Shown here piece after piece: positions 41,577 through 51,049 of a DNA stretch of 64,000 nt (within the stretch, counting starts at the first letter, position 1; each line of letters opens with the position of its first letter). Source of the stretch: an uncultured Acidimicrobiaceae bacterium (GTDB lineage Bacteria; Actinomycetota; Acidimicrobiia; Acidimicrobiales; Bog-793); NCBI GenBank assembly GCA_963841155.1, contig CAWJBM010000002.1:349885-413884 (forward strand), given 5' to 3'. The translations under genes and the position numbers were made by a program. The notes below the pieces were generated by a model. The model had not been told where the DNA came from. It did no database searches and saw only the letters and a list, made by a program, of their open reading frames with translations.

Positions 41577-42953
41577 ATGGCTTCCTTTCGCGATCTGTTG
41601 ACCGGTGCGGCATCACGCGCCGCTGACCACCGTGAGCAGGTGGATGAGCGTCCGGTGTTCCCCAGCTGCGTCGACCTCGATGCCGTGCGGACCAGTCTGG
41701 GTTCGATGGGCGATGGCCCGACGCCGGCAGCGGTGGTGATCGACGAGTTGGCCAACGCGGTCGAGCCGGCTCTCGTCTGCACTACCGGTCCCCGCTACTT
41801 CGGCTTCGTGGTCGGCGGCGCGCTCGAGGCAGCAACGGCGGCGGACGTGCTGACCAGTGGATGGGACCAGCCTGCCTTCAACGCGGTCACTTCACCGGCA
41901 GCCGCGGTGGTCGAGGATGTCGCCGGCGGTTGGTTGAAGGAGCTGCTGGGCTTACCGGCTGGTGCGTCGTTCGGCTTCGTCACTGGTGGACAGGGCGCCA
42001 ATACGGTGGCGCTCGCCGCGGCCCGTCACCATGTCTTGGCCAACGCTGGCTGGGACGTTGAGCAGCATGGGCTTCTCGGCGGTCCGCCGGTACGGGTGGT
42101 TGCCAACGGCGAGCGGCACGCCACAATCGACCGGGCCCTGCGCGTGTTGGGACTGGGCGCAGGGACCCTTGAACCGGTGGCCACTGACCTCCAGGGGGCG
42201 ATCGACATCACCAGCCTCGAACACGTCCTCGCCAGCGGTCCGGACGGTCCGATGATCGTCTGCCTCCAAGCCGGAAACGTGAACAGTGGCGCCTTCGACG
42301 ACATCGCCGCCGCGACCACGGCAGCCCACGACCACGGGGCGTGGGTCCACGTCGACGGTGCCTTCGGATTGTGGGCGGCGGCCAACCCAACGACGCGCCA
42401 CCTCACTGCCGGAATCGAGACCGCCGACTCGTGGGCGACCGACGGTCACAAGTGGCTCAATGTCCCTTACGACAGCGGTTACGCCTTCTGCGCCCATCCC
42501 GATGCACACTCTGCCGCCCTGTCCTACACCGCCACCTACTTGACCGGGCAGGGCCAGGGCGGGATACGGGCTCCCGGTGACTACGTGCTCGAGTCGTCGC
42601 GGCGTGCCCGCGGCTTCGCCACCTGGGCGGCCCTGCGCCAGCTTGGCCGCACTGGCGTCGCCGAGCTCGTTGAACGGTGCTGCTCCCTAGCTCGCCGCTT
42701 TGCCGAGCAGCTCAGTGCCATCGACAACGCCACGATCGTCAACGACGTCGTGCTGAATCAGGTCCTCGTCGGCTTCGGCGACGACGAACGGACCGACCGG
42801 GTCATCGAGAGCGTGCAACGCTCGGGTGAGTGCTGGATGGGCGCCACAACCTGGCACGGCCAGCGTCTCATGCGGATCTCGGTATCGAGCTGGCGCACAA
42901 CAGAGGCCGACGTCGACCGCTCGGTCACTGCCATCCTGACAGCAACGCGGTAG
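41577..42953 (+). CDS. PLP-dependent (group II) decarboxylase
   Basis: 458-aa ORF with DGHKWLNVPYDSG (PLP-lysine region) and HVDGAFG. Confidence 0.85.
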   Translation: MASFRDLLTGAASRAADHREQVDERPVFPSCVDLDAVRTSLGSMGDGPTPAAVVIDELANAVEPALVCTTGPRYFGFVVGGALEAATAADVLTSGWDQPAFNAVTSPAAAVVEDVAGGWLKELLGLPAGASFGFVTGGQGANTVALAAARHHVLANAGWDVEQHGLLGGPPVRVVANGERHATIDRALRVLGLGAGTLEPVATDLQGAIDITSLEHVLASGPDGPMIVCLQAGNVNSGAFDDIAAATTAAHDHGAWVHVDGAFGLWAAANPTTRHLTAGIETADSWATDGHKWLNVPYDSGYAFCAHPDAHSAALSYTATYLTGQGQGGIRAPGDYVLESSRRARGFATWAALRQLGRTGVAELVERCCSLARRFAEQLSAIDNATIVNDVVLNQVLVGFGDDERTDRVIESVQRSGECWMGATTWHGQRLMRISVSSWRTTEADVDRSVTAILTATR

Positions 42954-43540
42954 CACCCAGCTGAAACAAAGACGGTGACCCACCCGCGCTGTCGAAGCAA
43001 TGGCCAATGGCGCCTCGGTGCGTCCCCGAGTTGCCGCCCTGCCGGTGCATCAACTTCCGCGAGCGCGACGGTCGCTGTTTGGCTCGTCGTGAGCACGTGA
43101 CCGCTCGCTGAAAGCGTCGGGGCGTGGAGCCAGCACAGGGGGCAGGTGGCCCGTGCCGTACCTCGGACCGGTCGCGTAAGGCTTCCGGCGTTCAGATCTC
43201 CAGATTGCTCGGCCGCCAACACTTCCCTGACCCGAGCCCACGAAGCTGGGAGCAGCAAAGGGAGGCCCGTGAGCCCGACGTCGCGTTTGTGGGTCCGTCC
43301 GTTGGGCCCTGCCCGCCTAGTTTGATTCCCACAGCGCCGTCTATCATCTCGTTCGCCTCGGAGGGCTTGCACCGCGGTGATTCTTGAGCGGTCACCCTGG
43401 CCGCGCCCTTGTCCGAACGCCAGCGAAGCGAGATCGGCCAAGTTTCAACGGGCCGAGGGCACGACGCTGATGCCGTGGCTCGCACCGGGAGATGGAGCGC
43501 GAGACCTACGCAGGCAACCGAGACGCCCCGAACGCAACCG

Positions 43541-44140
43541 CTAGGTGGAATGACCAAGCCGCGTCCACTCAATCTCCGGCTGTGGGAGATGTCCCAGTCC
43601 GTGGTTGTCGCTCGCGTACAGGTAGGCGCTGCGTTCGTAGACGAGCATGCACATGGTCCTTGAGGCACACGAGACCTGAAATTCTGCCTCGGGGTGCGTC
43701 GCGGCGATCAGAGGTCGCGGCGTCGACCAGCGCGTGCCGATCCATGTGCGTCCCGTTCCATTCAAAAGGGCAACCGCGCAGAAATCGTTGCTGGAACAGG
43801 ACACATCCTCGGCCTAGCTTGGTCCGGCGCTTCCGGTCCCTCGCCATGCTTTGCTAGTCCAGACCCAAAGCGAGACGCCGAATCCTCCGCCGATCCCTGC
43901 GCAGAACGAACGCGATGTGCACGACAGCTGTTGGAAGCCCAAGACTGCCGACTTCGGGGCAGGCGTCCCCGTGGTGCTCCATGACTTGCCGTCCCAGGAG
44001 ATTGTCCAAGTACCCGCGGACGCGTCCATACAGAAATCAGAACTGGCGCACTAGACAGTGCCGCCGCTATCGATGCCCGTCGTCATCGCCTGGACCAGCC
44101 GCCACGACGACCCATTCCAGACGGCCGAGCCGAGCCGAAG
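43541..44140 (-). pseudogene. Degenerate repeat protein (W.G..W ... [VL]SC.S..FC.A units) with in-frame stops
   Basis: A single minus-strand frame reads WNGSSWRLVQAMTTGIDSGGTV*CASSDFCMDASAGTWTISWDGKSWS...LSCTSRSFCAGIGG...GPS*AEDVSCSSNDFCAVALLNGTGRTWIGTRWS...VSCASRTMCML. It has two in-frame TAG codons. A further unit (FFMAVGDSFG) lies upstream in another frame. Confidence 0.5.
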
Positions 44141-44218
44141 CTGTCCCCAACCGCCATGAAGAAGTCAGGTCCGGTGCATGAGATCGCTCGAACATTGACT
44201 CGATCTGGGCTTTTGCGG

Positions 44219-44291
44219 TGGGCCGCCCGGGGCTCGAACCCGGCACCTTGGGATTAAAAGTCCCCTGCTCTACCTGATGAGCTAGCGGCCC
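44219..44291 (-). tRNA. tRNA-Lys (anticodon UUU)
   Basis: The reverse complement, GGGCCGCTAGCTCATCAGGTAGAGCAGGGGACTTTTAATCCCAAGGTGCCGGGTTCGAGCCCCGGGCGGCCCA, folds as a cloverleaf. The anticodon loop is CTTTTAA and the T-loop is GGTTCGAGCC. CCA is not encoded. Confidence 0.9.
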
Positions 44292-44541
44292 TTCCTGGCA
44301 GCCATTCCGATGCCGTCCTGGTCACGTCCTGTGACTGCGGCAACCATCCTTGCATGCGTTGAACGGGGAAGGCAGCGGCGCAGCGACCGGTCAGACAGGC
44401 GCCCGCCCTCACCTGAGAGCGTGACCTCGCGGCCTGTCGACTCGGGGATCAGACTGGCCGGTCACAGCGACACTGCCTTCACCGCCTGGGAACACTGACA
44501 CCGAAGTTGGGCTGCCTCTACGACAACATCGCAACCACGTT

Positions 44542-44859
44542 GTGATCTCGAACGGGACAGCGGGTCATGGCAGTGGCATTCTCCTTACGGCGCGCGTCAA
44601 GGGCGGCGACGCCTACAACAACCTCGTTACCGGGAACGAGATCGACGGTAACGGCCCCGGAGACGTCACGATCCACAAGCACTACGGGCTCTCGAACCTG
44701 TCGGGCGACCTGATCATGAACAAGTGGATCGGCACCGACAACGTCTCCGGTGAGCCCGCGAACGGGTTGACGACCGGCGTCTTCGTCGGAGGTGACCCAC
44801 TGTCGTTCCTGCCGATCGGGTCGCGTCTAATTCCTGGTGCAAATGAGCAACGGGCATAG
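44542..44859 (+). pseudogene. Right-handed beta-helix repeat protein fragment
   Basis: 105-aa ORF with NNLVTGNEIDGNGPG-type parallel beta-helix repeats and no N-terminal or C-terminal context. The upstream frames (44400-44540) contain related debris (DSGIRLAGHSD). Confidence 0.35.
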
Positions 44860-44914
44860 GTTCCTTCAGAAGCTTCCAAACTCAGAAGGAGGACCTACAC
44901 CCGTGGCATAACGA

Positions 44915-45230
44915 GTGTCGCCCAGTGAGCGCGTTCGCGCAGACCTCGAGGCGCTGTTCAGCTCCGATCGGGACCTTTCCGTCATCTTGGAACAAGTCGG
45001 ACGCCTGACCGTCCGCCTCCTCATGCAGCAGGCGATCGAGTCCGAGGTCGACACGTTCTTGGGGCGACGGCCCTATGAACGACGAAGTTAGGAGACCCCG
45101 GTCGGATCGCGCAACGGCTGGCAACCGCCCGTCGCCATCAAGACGACGATGGGACCGGTCGAGCTCGACAACTCCGCCCCGGGTTCGAGACGGTCACTTT
45201 GGAATCGCGTTTCCGTCAGCCGGCTGTGAT
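44915..45230 (+). mobile_element. IS256-family transposase N-terminal remnant
   Basis: It reads LLMQQAIESEVDTFLGRRPYERRS*ETPVGSRNGWQPPVAIKTTMGPVEL, then after a frameshift PRVRDGHFGIAFPS. This matches the IS256-family pattern (yeR...RNGyr...T..G.v.l.iPr.RdG.F). It has an in-frame TAG, a frameshift, and is truncated at the fur-like gene. Confidence 0.7.
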
Positions 45231-45680
45231 ATCCCCCGGGTCTTCGGTTTCCGCTTGGCATGCCGCGCATAGCCCGATCACCGCAAAGTGATGCGGGTCG
45301 ATCGCGAACCCGAACTCAGCTATGGCGCGTCGTCTGAGGTCGGTGAAGAACCCTTCCGCAATCTCGACGTGGGCATCGCACTTCTGACAAACCAGGTGGC
45401 CGTGCGTTGCGCTCGCAAGGTGATAGGACGCAGGCCCGTGCCCGAGATGGGAGTGCGTGACCACACCGAGGCGCTCGAGCTCCTCCAGGTTCCGGTACAC
45501 GGTCGAGATGGAGACGTCGGGTGCGCGAGCCTGAATCTCCGCCGCGAGCTCCTCGGCCGTTCGATGCCCACCAGCCTCGAACAGGGAACGGACAAGAAGG
45601 CGACGTGGCGTGGTCACGCGATCTCCAGCTGAGCGCAAGAGGGAAAGGACTTCCTCTTCCTCGTCTCCCGACGAACTCAA
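45216..45680 (-). CDS. Fur-family transcriptional regulator
   Basis: TPRRLLVRSLFEAGGHRTAEEL...TVYRNLEELERLGVV...HGHLVCQKCD...CAAC motifs. TTG 45680 with AGGAGG 7 nt upstream is the likely start. The longer ORF to 45848 would overlap the DivIVA-like gene. Confidence 0.8.
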   Translation of the reverse strand: MSSSGDEEEEVLSLLRSAGDRVTTPRRLLVRSLFEAGGHRTAEELAAEIQARAPDVSISTVYRNLEELERLGVVTHSHLGHGPASYHLASATHGHLVCQKCDAHVEIAEGFFTDLRRRAIAEFGFAIDPHHFAVIGLCAACQAETEDPGDITAG

Positions 45681-45753
45681 GTCGAAGCCTCCTGGCTTAC
45701 CTGCAACCACGAACGGCGAGGTGCGTCCGGGCGTGCCGTCCGTGAGTCGCGAC

Positions 45754-46809
45754 TCAGGTCCAACCTTCTTGCTCGGCGTCGAACAGGCCGGTGTGCCTCC
45801 TCCTCGGACGGATCGTCTCCGGGAGGTCTGTCTCAGGTGCTTCGCCATCGAACAGACTTTCGGGCCGGCGTGCCGGGGACGAAGGCCGCTCCGCTGTCGG
45901 TTCCGCCTCGGCCCGGGTCACCCTGTCGCCGATCATTGACGCGTCATTTCTTTCGTACTTGGACGAAGGCCCGCCGGCAGCGCCGACGGCATGTCGCCCC
46001 ACCGGCTCCTCGGCGCTGTAGACGGCGCCGGCCTGCTGGTGAGACGACACGGCCGGCACGGGAGCACCCGGCCCGCCCAAAGCGCGATCGGGACGTGCGT
46101 CGGTATCGTCCTCGGGCGGAAGCGTCGCACTGCCGTCGGTCGCCGCGGGAGACGCCGCCGCAACGGCCACTCCCGGCGCAGGACGTCCGAGCGGGCTGCG
46201 AACCATCTCCTCGACGACTGCCTGGACGGTGGTCTGCAAACGGGCCAGCTCGGCGATGGCCTCCTGACGCTGGTCGTAGAGGTAGGTGATCTGCGACACG
46301 GCACGTTCCCGGTCCTGCTCAATGCGCTGCAGGTAGGCGTGGCGACGACGCTCGGTCTCGTCCCGGATCGCGAGGGCACGTCTTGTGGCTTGGTCGACGA
46401 CATCGGCAGCCTCGCGACTCGCCACCTCGCGTATCTCACTCACCTCCTCCGCGACGGTCTCGCGAAGCTCGCTCACCTCGCGTTCGGCCTCCTGGCGGAG
46501 GGTGTAGGCCCCCTCCCACGCCTCTTGAAGAATGCGCTGAACGCGCTCACCGAGAGTGTCCAGCGAAGGCGGCTGAGCGGTACGGGTTTCACTCTCGTAG
46601 ACGGCGACACGACGGTGTAGCTCGCGGAGTTGTCCCACCGCTGCTGCGAGCCGGCGTTCCGACTCAGAGGCGCGGCGGAGCGCCTCGTCCAGCCGGCGCT
46701 GCTGGTCTGCCACGTAGCGGTCGACCTGCTCCGGGTCGTAACCGCGCCGGTAAACATTGAAGATCGGTGTCGCCACCCGCTGTTCCGCGACTGCCTCGTT
46801 CTCGTCCAT
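45754..46809 (-). CDS. DivIVA-domain protein
   Basis: FNVYRRGYDPEQVDRYV is the DivIVA-domain signature. It is followed by long coiled-coil segments and a disordered tail. Confidence 0.8.
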   Translation of the reverse strand: MDENEAVAEQRVATPIFNVYRRGYDPEQVDRYVADQQRRLDEALRRASESERRLAAAVGQLRELHRRVAVYESETRTAQPPSLDTLGERVQRILQEAWEGAYTLRQEAEREVSELRETVAEEVSEIREVASREAADVVDQATRRALAIRDETERRRHAYLQRIEQDRERAVSQITYLYDQRQEAIAELARLQTTVQAVVEEMVRSPLGRPAPGVAVAAASPAATDGSATLPPEDDTDARPDRALGGPGAPVPAVSSHQQAGAVYSAEEPVGRHAVGAAGGPSSKYERNDASMIGDRVTRAEAEPTAERPSSPARRPESLFDGEAPETDLPETIRPRRRHTGLFDAEQEGWT

Positions 46810-46996
46810 GATCCCTCCACACTCTCTCAGCGGATGCTACTGAGCCACCAGCTCAAGAGCGGGGATCCTTCGGTGGGCGAACACGGCGCTGACAGCGACG
46901 GCGACCGCTCCTCGACGCCGACCTCCACACAGGGCAGACTGAGGCCGACCGCCGGACAACCGCCGGAGCGCAACGAGACCAGAAGGGGGTTTCTCA

Positions 46997-47752
46997 ATGA
47001 AGGCCGACGTAAAGGGATCCACGCTACCGGTGCTCGAGTTGATCCTCGATCCCGGCGAAGCTGTCGTCTCGACCCATGGCGATCTCGCCTGGATGTCCGC
47101 GAACATGCAGCTCAGTCAAACCATGAACACAGGTGGCGGTGGCGGGCTCATGGCGGGTCTGAAGCGTGTCGCCGGCGGGACCGGGATCTTCCTGACTCGC
47201 TACGAGCCCACCGGCGGCCCGGGAATGTTGGTTCTCGCCGCAAAGCTTCCCGGGCGGATCTTCCCCGTCGAAATCGCGCCGGGATCGGAGTACATCGTCC
47301 ACCGCCATGGTTGGCTGTGCGGCACGCCAGGTGTCCAGCCGACGATCGCGTTGCAACAAACCTTCGGCGGCGCCGTCTTCGGCGGCGAAGGTTTCATCCT
47401 CCAGCGCCTCGAGGGGCAGGGAACTGCCTGGCTCGAGCTCTCCGGGGAGATCTCGACCTACGAGCTGGCTGCAGGGCAAAGCCTCTGTGTGCATCCCGGT
47501 CACGTCGGGGCGTTCCACGCGACCGTGAGCTTCCAGACGACGCGCTTGCCCGGGATCCAGAACCGCATGTTCGGGAAGGACGGACATCACATCGTCGTGC
47601 TCACGGGCCCGGGCAGCGTCTGGCTCCAGAGCATGCCGCTGCCGATCCTCGCTCACGCGCTCGCGCCTTACCTCGGCGACCACAACGAGAGCGCGGCGGG
47701 AGCCGGCGTCGCCGGCGGCGTGCTCGGAGGAATGCTCGGCCGGAAGCTCTGA
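46997..47752 (+). CDS. AIM24/TIGR00266 (DUF124) family protein
   Basis: 251-aa ORF. GSTLPVLELILDPGEAVVSTHGDLAWMS...GEGFILQRLEGQGTAWLELSGE is typical of the family. Confidence 0.8.
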   Translation: MKADVKGSTLPVLELILDPGEAVVSTHGDLAWMSANMQLSQTMNTGGGGGLMAGLKRVAGGTGIFLTRYEPTGGPGMLVLAAKLPGRIFPVEIAPGSEYIVHRHGWLCGTPGVQPTIALQQTFGGAVFGGEGFILQRLEGQGTAWLELSGEISTYELAAGQSLCVHPGHVGAFHATVSFQTTRLPGIQNRMFGKDGHHIVVLTGPGSVWLQSMPLPILAHALAPYLGDHNESAAGAGVAGGVLGGMLGRKL

Positions 47753-47762
47753 CACCCCGGCA

Positions 47763-49181
47763 ATGCCCCTCACCGTTGGCCCGCTCACCGACCTCGTCGA
47801 GGCACCGACGCTTGGACGCGTGCTTCACGAGTCGCTCCGCAGAGGGGGTGACTTCGCGGAGATCTTCGCCGAGGACTGCTCGAGCTCTTCGATCTTCCTC
47901 GACGACAGCAAGGTCGAGGAGCTGTCCAGCGGGCGCGACCGCGGCGCCGGGATCAGGGTCGTCGTAGGCGAGACAACGGGATTCGCCCACACCGCTGACC
48001 TGTCGGAGAAGGGTCTGCTGACTGCAGCCGAGGCGGCCGCAGCTGTCGCCCGGGAAGGTGGAGCCGGTGTCCGCGAGGCTCCGCTCTCGAGGAGAGCACC
48101 AGAGCCGCACCAGGTGACGACGTACCCGAGCACGGTGCCGAAGTCGGCCAAAGTCGACTTGCTGCTTCTCGCGGACGACACCGCCCGCTCGGCGGGGGGA
48201 GCCATCGTCCAGGTAAGTGCCGGCTACGGCGACAGCCGGCGTCGCATCCTGGTCGCGAACTCGGACGGCCTGCTGGCAAGTGACGACCGCGTCCGAACCC
48301 GGTTGTTCGTGACCTGTGTCGCGTCCGGTGACGGCGGTTTGCAAACCGGCTCCCACAGCCTCGCGTACACGCTCGGCTTCGAGATGTTCGATGACCACCC
48401 CGTGGAGGAGGTCGCGAGACAGGCAGCCCGTAGGGCCATCACCAAGCTCGATGCCCGCCCCGCCCCGTCGGGCGTGCTGCCCGTGGTCCTGAAGAGCGGG
48501 ACCGGCGGGATCATCTTTCACGAGGCGTGCGGACACGGCCTCGAGGCTGACCACATCTTGAAGGACAGCTCCGTGTACACCGGCCGCCTGGGTCAGGTGG
48601 TCGCCAGCCGAGGCGTCACACTCGTCGACGACGGTTCGCTCGGCCCGAACTGGGGCAGCCTTGCGATAGACGACGAGGGCCGCCCCACGCAACGCAACGT
48701 GCTCATCCAAGACGGAGTTCTCACCGACTACATGTGGGATTACCTCCGCGCTCGCAAGGAGGGACGGACCTCGTCGGGAAACGGCCGGCGCCAGAGCTAC
48801 CAGGACCTGCCCATGGTCCGCATGACCAACACGTTTCTCCTGGCCGGCAACGAGGACCCGGACGAGATCGTGTCGCAGACACCGCACGGGGTCTACGTCG
48901 CGCAGCTGGGTGGAGGGCAGGTCAACACAGCGACCGGAGACTTCGTCTTCGGGATGACCGAGGCCTATCTGATCGAGGACGGCCGCATCACCGAGCCGCT
49001 CCGCAACGCCAACCTGATCGGCAACGGCCCGGATGTGCTCTCCAAGATCGACGCCATCGGCGACGACTTCGAGATGTGGCCCGGAACTTGCGGCAAGGAC
49101 GGCCAGAACGTGTCCGTCGGATGCGGACAGCCGACCCTGCGCGTGACAGGCATCACGATCGGCGGCACCGCAAGTGCCTGA
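47763..49181 (+). CDS. tldD: TldD-family metalloprotease
   Basis: 472-aa ORF with HEACGHGLEAD. Paired with the following pmbA-like gene (8-nt overlap). Confidence 0.9.
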   Translation: MPLTVGPLTDLVEAPTLGRVLHESLRRGGDFAEIFAEDCSSSSIFLDDSKVEELSSGRDRGAGIRVVVGETTGFAHTADLSEKGLLTAAEAAAAVAREGGAGVREAPLSRRAPEPHQVTTYPSTVPKSAKVDLLLLADDTARSAGGAIVQVSAGYGDSRRRILVANSDGLLASDDRVRTRLFVTCVASGDGGLQTGSHSLAYTLGFEMFDDHPVEEVARQAARRAITKLDARPAPSGVLPVVLKSGTGGIIFHEACGHGLEADHILKDSSVYTGRLGQVVASRGVTLVDDGSLGPNWGSLAIDDEGRPTQRNVLIQDGVLTDYMWDYLRARKEGRTSSGNGRRQSYQDLPMVRMTNTFLLAGNEDPDEIVSQTPHGVYVAQLGGGQVNTATGDFVFGMTEAYLIEDGRITEPLRNANLIGNGPDVLSKIDAIGDDFEMWPGTCGKDGQNVSVGCGQPTLRVTGITIGGTASA

Positions 49182-50517
49182 GCTCCTCGGGTTGGCACGC
49201 CGGGTCGCCGAACGGGCGACTGTCGGTGAGGAGGTCGAGGTCTATGTCGCCCGCGGCCGGGAGACCTCGATCCGGGTCTTCGAGGGCGCCATCGAGCAGC
49301 TCACGGCCGCTGAGTCGGCCGGCGTGGGCGTGCGGGTGATTTCGGCAGGAAGACAGGGCTTCTCCTACGTGGGCGAGCTCGACGGGTTCGCCGCACTGGA
49401 GGCACTTCGCGAGGCCCGCGACAATGCCACGTTCGCCACGGTCGACGAGCATGCCGGGCTCGCCTCGCCCGACGGCGTGGAACCGCCGGTGCTCGATCTC
49501 TGGCGGCAGGAGCTCGTCTCGTTCCCGACCGACGACAAGGTCGCACTTGCCCTCGATCTCGAGCGCCGCGTTCGAGCCGGAGACCCGCGAATACGCCAAG
49601 TCGTCTCCGCCGACTACCTCGACGGCCTCGGTGAAGAGGCGATCGCGACCTCTCGTGGGATCGAGGTGACGAGTCGGAGCACGGGCTGCTATCTCTTCGT
49701 CCAGGCCGTCGCCGGCGATGGCGACGACACCCAGACAGGCTTCGGCTACTCGGTGGGCCGCGCTCCGGCCGATCTCGATATCGAGGCCGCTGCTGTAGAT
49801 GCCGTCGACCGCGCGACGCGTCTTCTCGGGGCGAAGAAGGCCAGGAGCGCGAAGCTGACCGCCGTCCTCGACCGCCGGGTGACGGCCACGCTGCTCGGGA
49901 TCCTCTCCGGCACGCTGTCGGGTGAGGAGGTCGCAAAGGGTCGCTCCCTTTTCACAGGGCGCATGGGCGAACAGGTCGGCGTCGACGAGCTGACCCTCAT
50001 CGACGACCCGACGAACCCGCTCGCCTACGGCGCCTCCCAGCACGACGCAGAGGGATTGGCGTGCCGGTGCAACTCGCTGATCGAAGGAGGCGAGCTGAAA
50101 GGTTTCCTCTACAACACCTATGCGGGACGCCTCGCCGGCACGTCCTCGACCGGCTCAGCAGTCAGAGGCGGGTTCCGGACAACCCCAGGTGTCGGCGCGC
50201 GGGCTCTGTCACTCCAGCCCGGGAGACACGACCAGGCCGAGATCATCGCAGAGGTCAGCGAGGGCTTCCTCGTCCAGTCGATAACCGGTGTCCACTCGGG
50301 GGTCAACCCCGTGAGCGGTGACTTCTCCGTCGGCGCCGAGGGTCTGATGATCCGTGGCGGTGAGCTCGCGGAACCGGTCCGCGAGGTGACGATCGCTTCG
50401 ACGATTCAACGAATGCTGCAGCATATTGTGGCCGTCGGGTCCGACGTCGAATGGCTGCCCGGCGCGGCCACCGGTGTGACGCTCGCCATCGACGACATCG
50501 CCATGAGCGGCTCGTGA
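49174..50517 (+). CDS. pmbA: PmbA/TldE-family protein
   Basis: 447-aa ORF with a TldD/PmbA-fold C-terminus (GVHSGVNPVSGDFSVGAEG). Confidence 0.9.
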   Translation: MPELLGLARRVAERATVGEEVEVYVARGRETSIRVFEGAIEQLTAAESAGVGVRVISAGRQGFSYVGELDGFAALEALREARDNATFATVDEHAGLASPDGVEPPVLDLWRQELVSFPTDDKVALALDLERRVRAGDPRIRQVVSADYLDGLGEEAIATSRGIEVTSRSTGCYLFVQAVAGDGDDTQTGFGYSVGRAPADLDIEAAAVDAVDRATRLLGAKKARSAKLTAVLDRRVTATLLGILSGTLSGEEVAKGRSLFTGRMGEQVGVDELTLIDDPTNPLAYGASQHDAEGLACRCNSLIEGGELKGFLYNTYAGRLAGTSSTGSAVRGGFRTTPGVGARALSLQPGRHDQAEIIAEVSEGFLVQSITGVHSGVNPVSGDFSVGAEGLMIRGGELAEPVREVTIASTIQRMLQHIVAVGSDVEWLPGAATGVTLAIDDIAMSGS

Positions 50518-50542
50518 GTTGGACCAGAACCAACCGCGTCGC

Positions 50543-50923
50543 TCAGGAAGCTGCCTCAGCTCTCGAGGGGCTCGAGTCGGACGACCCCGCCGACGGCGAA
50601 GCAGCGGGTGTACCTGGCGCGAGAGTCTTTGAAGGTGCCGAGCCATCGGTAGCCGCTTGCTTGGCCGAGTCAGCGCTCGACGGAGTGGCCGTGGCCTCGG
50701 ACCCGACGCTTGAGGCGGCAGCGGCCGGCCTCGAACTGGACCGTCCCGCTCGGCTGTCGTTCTTGTAGAAGCCACTTCCCTTGAACACGATCCCAATGTT
50801 CCCGAACACCTTCTTGAGGTCGCCGCCACAGTTGGGGCATTCGGTCAGGGCGTCGTCCTTGAACGACTGCACGACCTCGAGATGCTCTCTACATGACTTG
50901 CACGAGTACTCGTAGGTCGGCAT
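50543..50923 (-). CDS. FmdB-family zinc-ribbon regulatory protein
   Basis: MPTYEYSCKSCREHLEVVQSFKDDALTECPNCGG...KVF, then a low-complexity tail. Start at ATG 50923. Confidence 0.85.
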   Translation of the reverse strand: MPTYEYSCKSCREHLEVVQSFKDDALTECPNCGGDLKKVFGNIGIVFKGSGFYKNDSRAGRSSSRPAAAASSVGSEATATPSSADSAKQAATDGSAPSKTLAPGTPAASPSAGSSDSSPSRAEAAS

Positions 50924-51049
50924 GGATCCCTTCTGTCCTTCGCCTCGGCCAACCTCACCGTCCCGCCGACGGTCTGGCGTTGGCACTCCCGCTTCGTGAG
51001 TGCCAAGTATATCGTGGCTCTACGGCTGGACTACCCGGGGAGGAGCATC

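Noticed and set aside
43541-44140. In-frame TAG codons as programmed recoding (pyrrolysine or read-through)
   Set aside because: The same locus also has a frameshift and lacks an N-terminus. One TAG is a single-base change from the Ser codon used in sister repeats. TAG is used as an ordinary stop elsewhere in the window (for example the small interrupted ORF at 61467).
45681-45848. N-terminal extension of the Fur-family ORF
   Set aside because: It would overlap the DivIVA-like gene by about 95 nt and is Arg/Ser/Pro-rich. A TTG with a strong AGGAGG RBS at 45680 gives a normal-length Fur protein.
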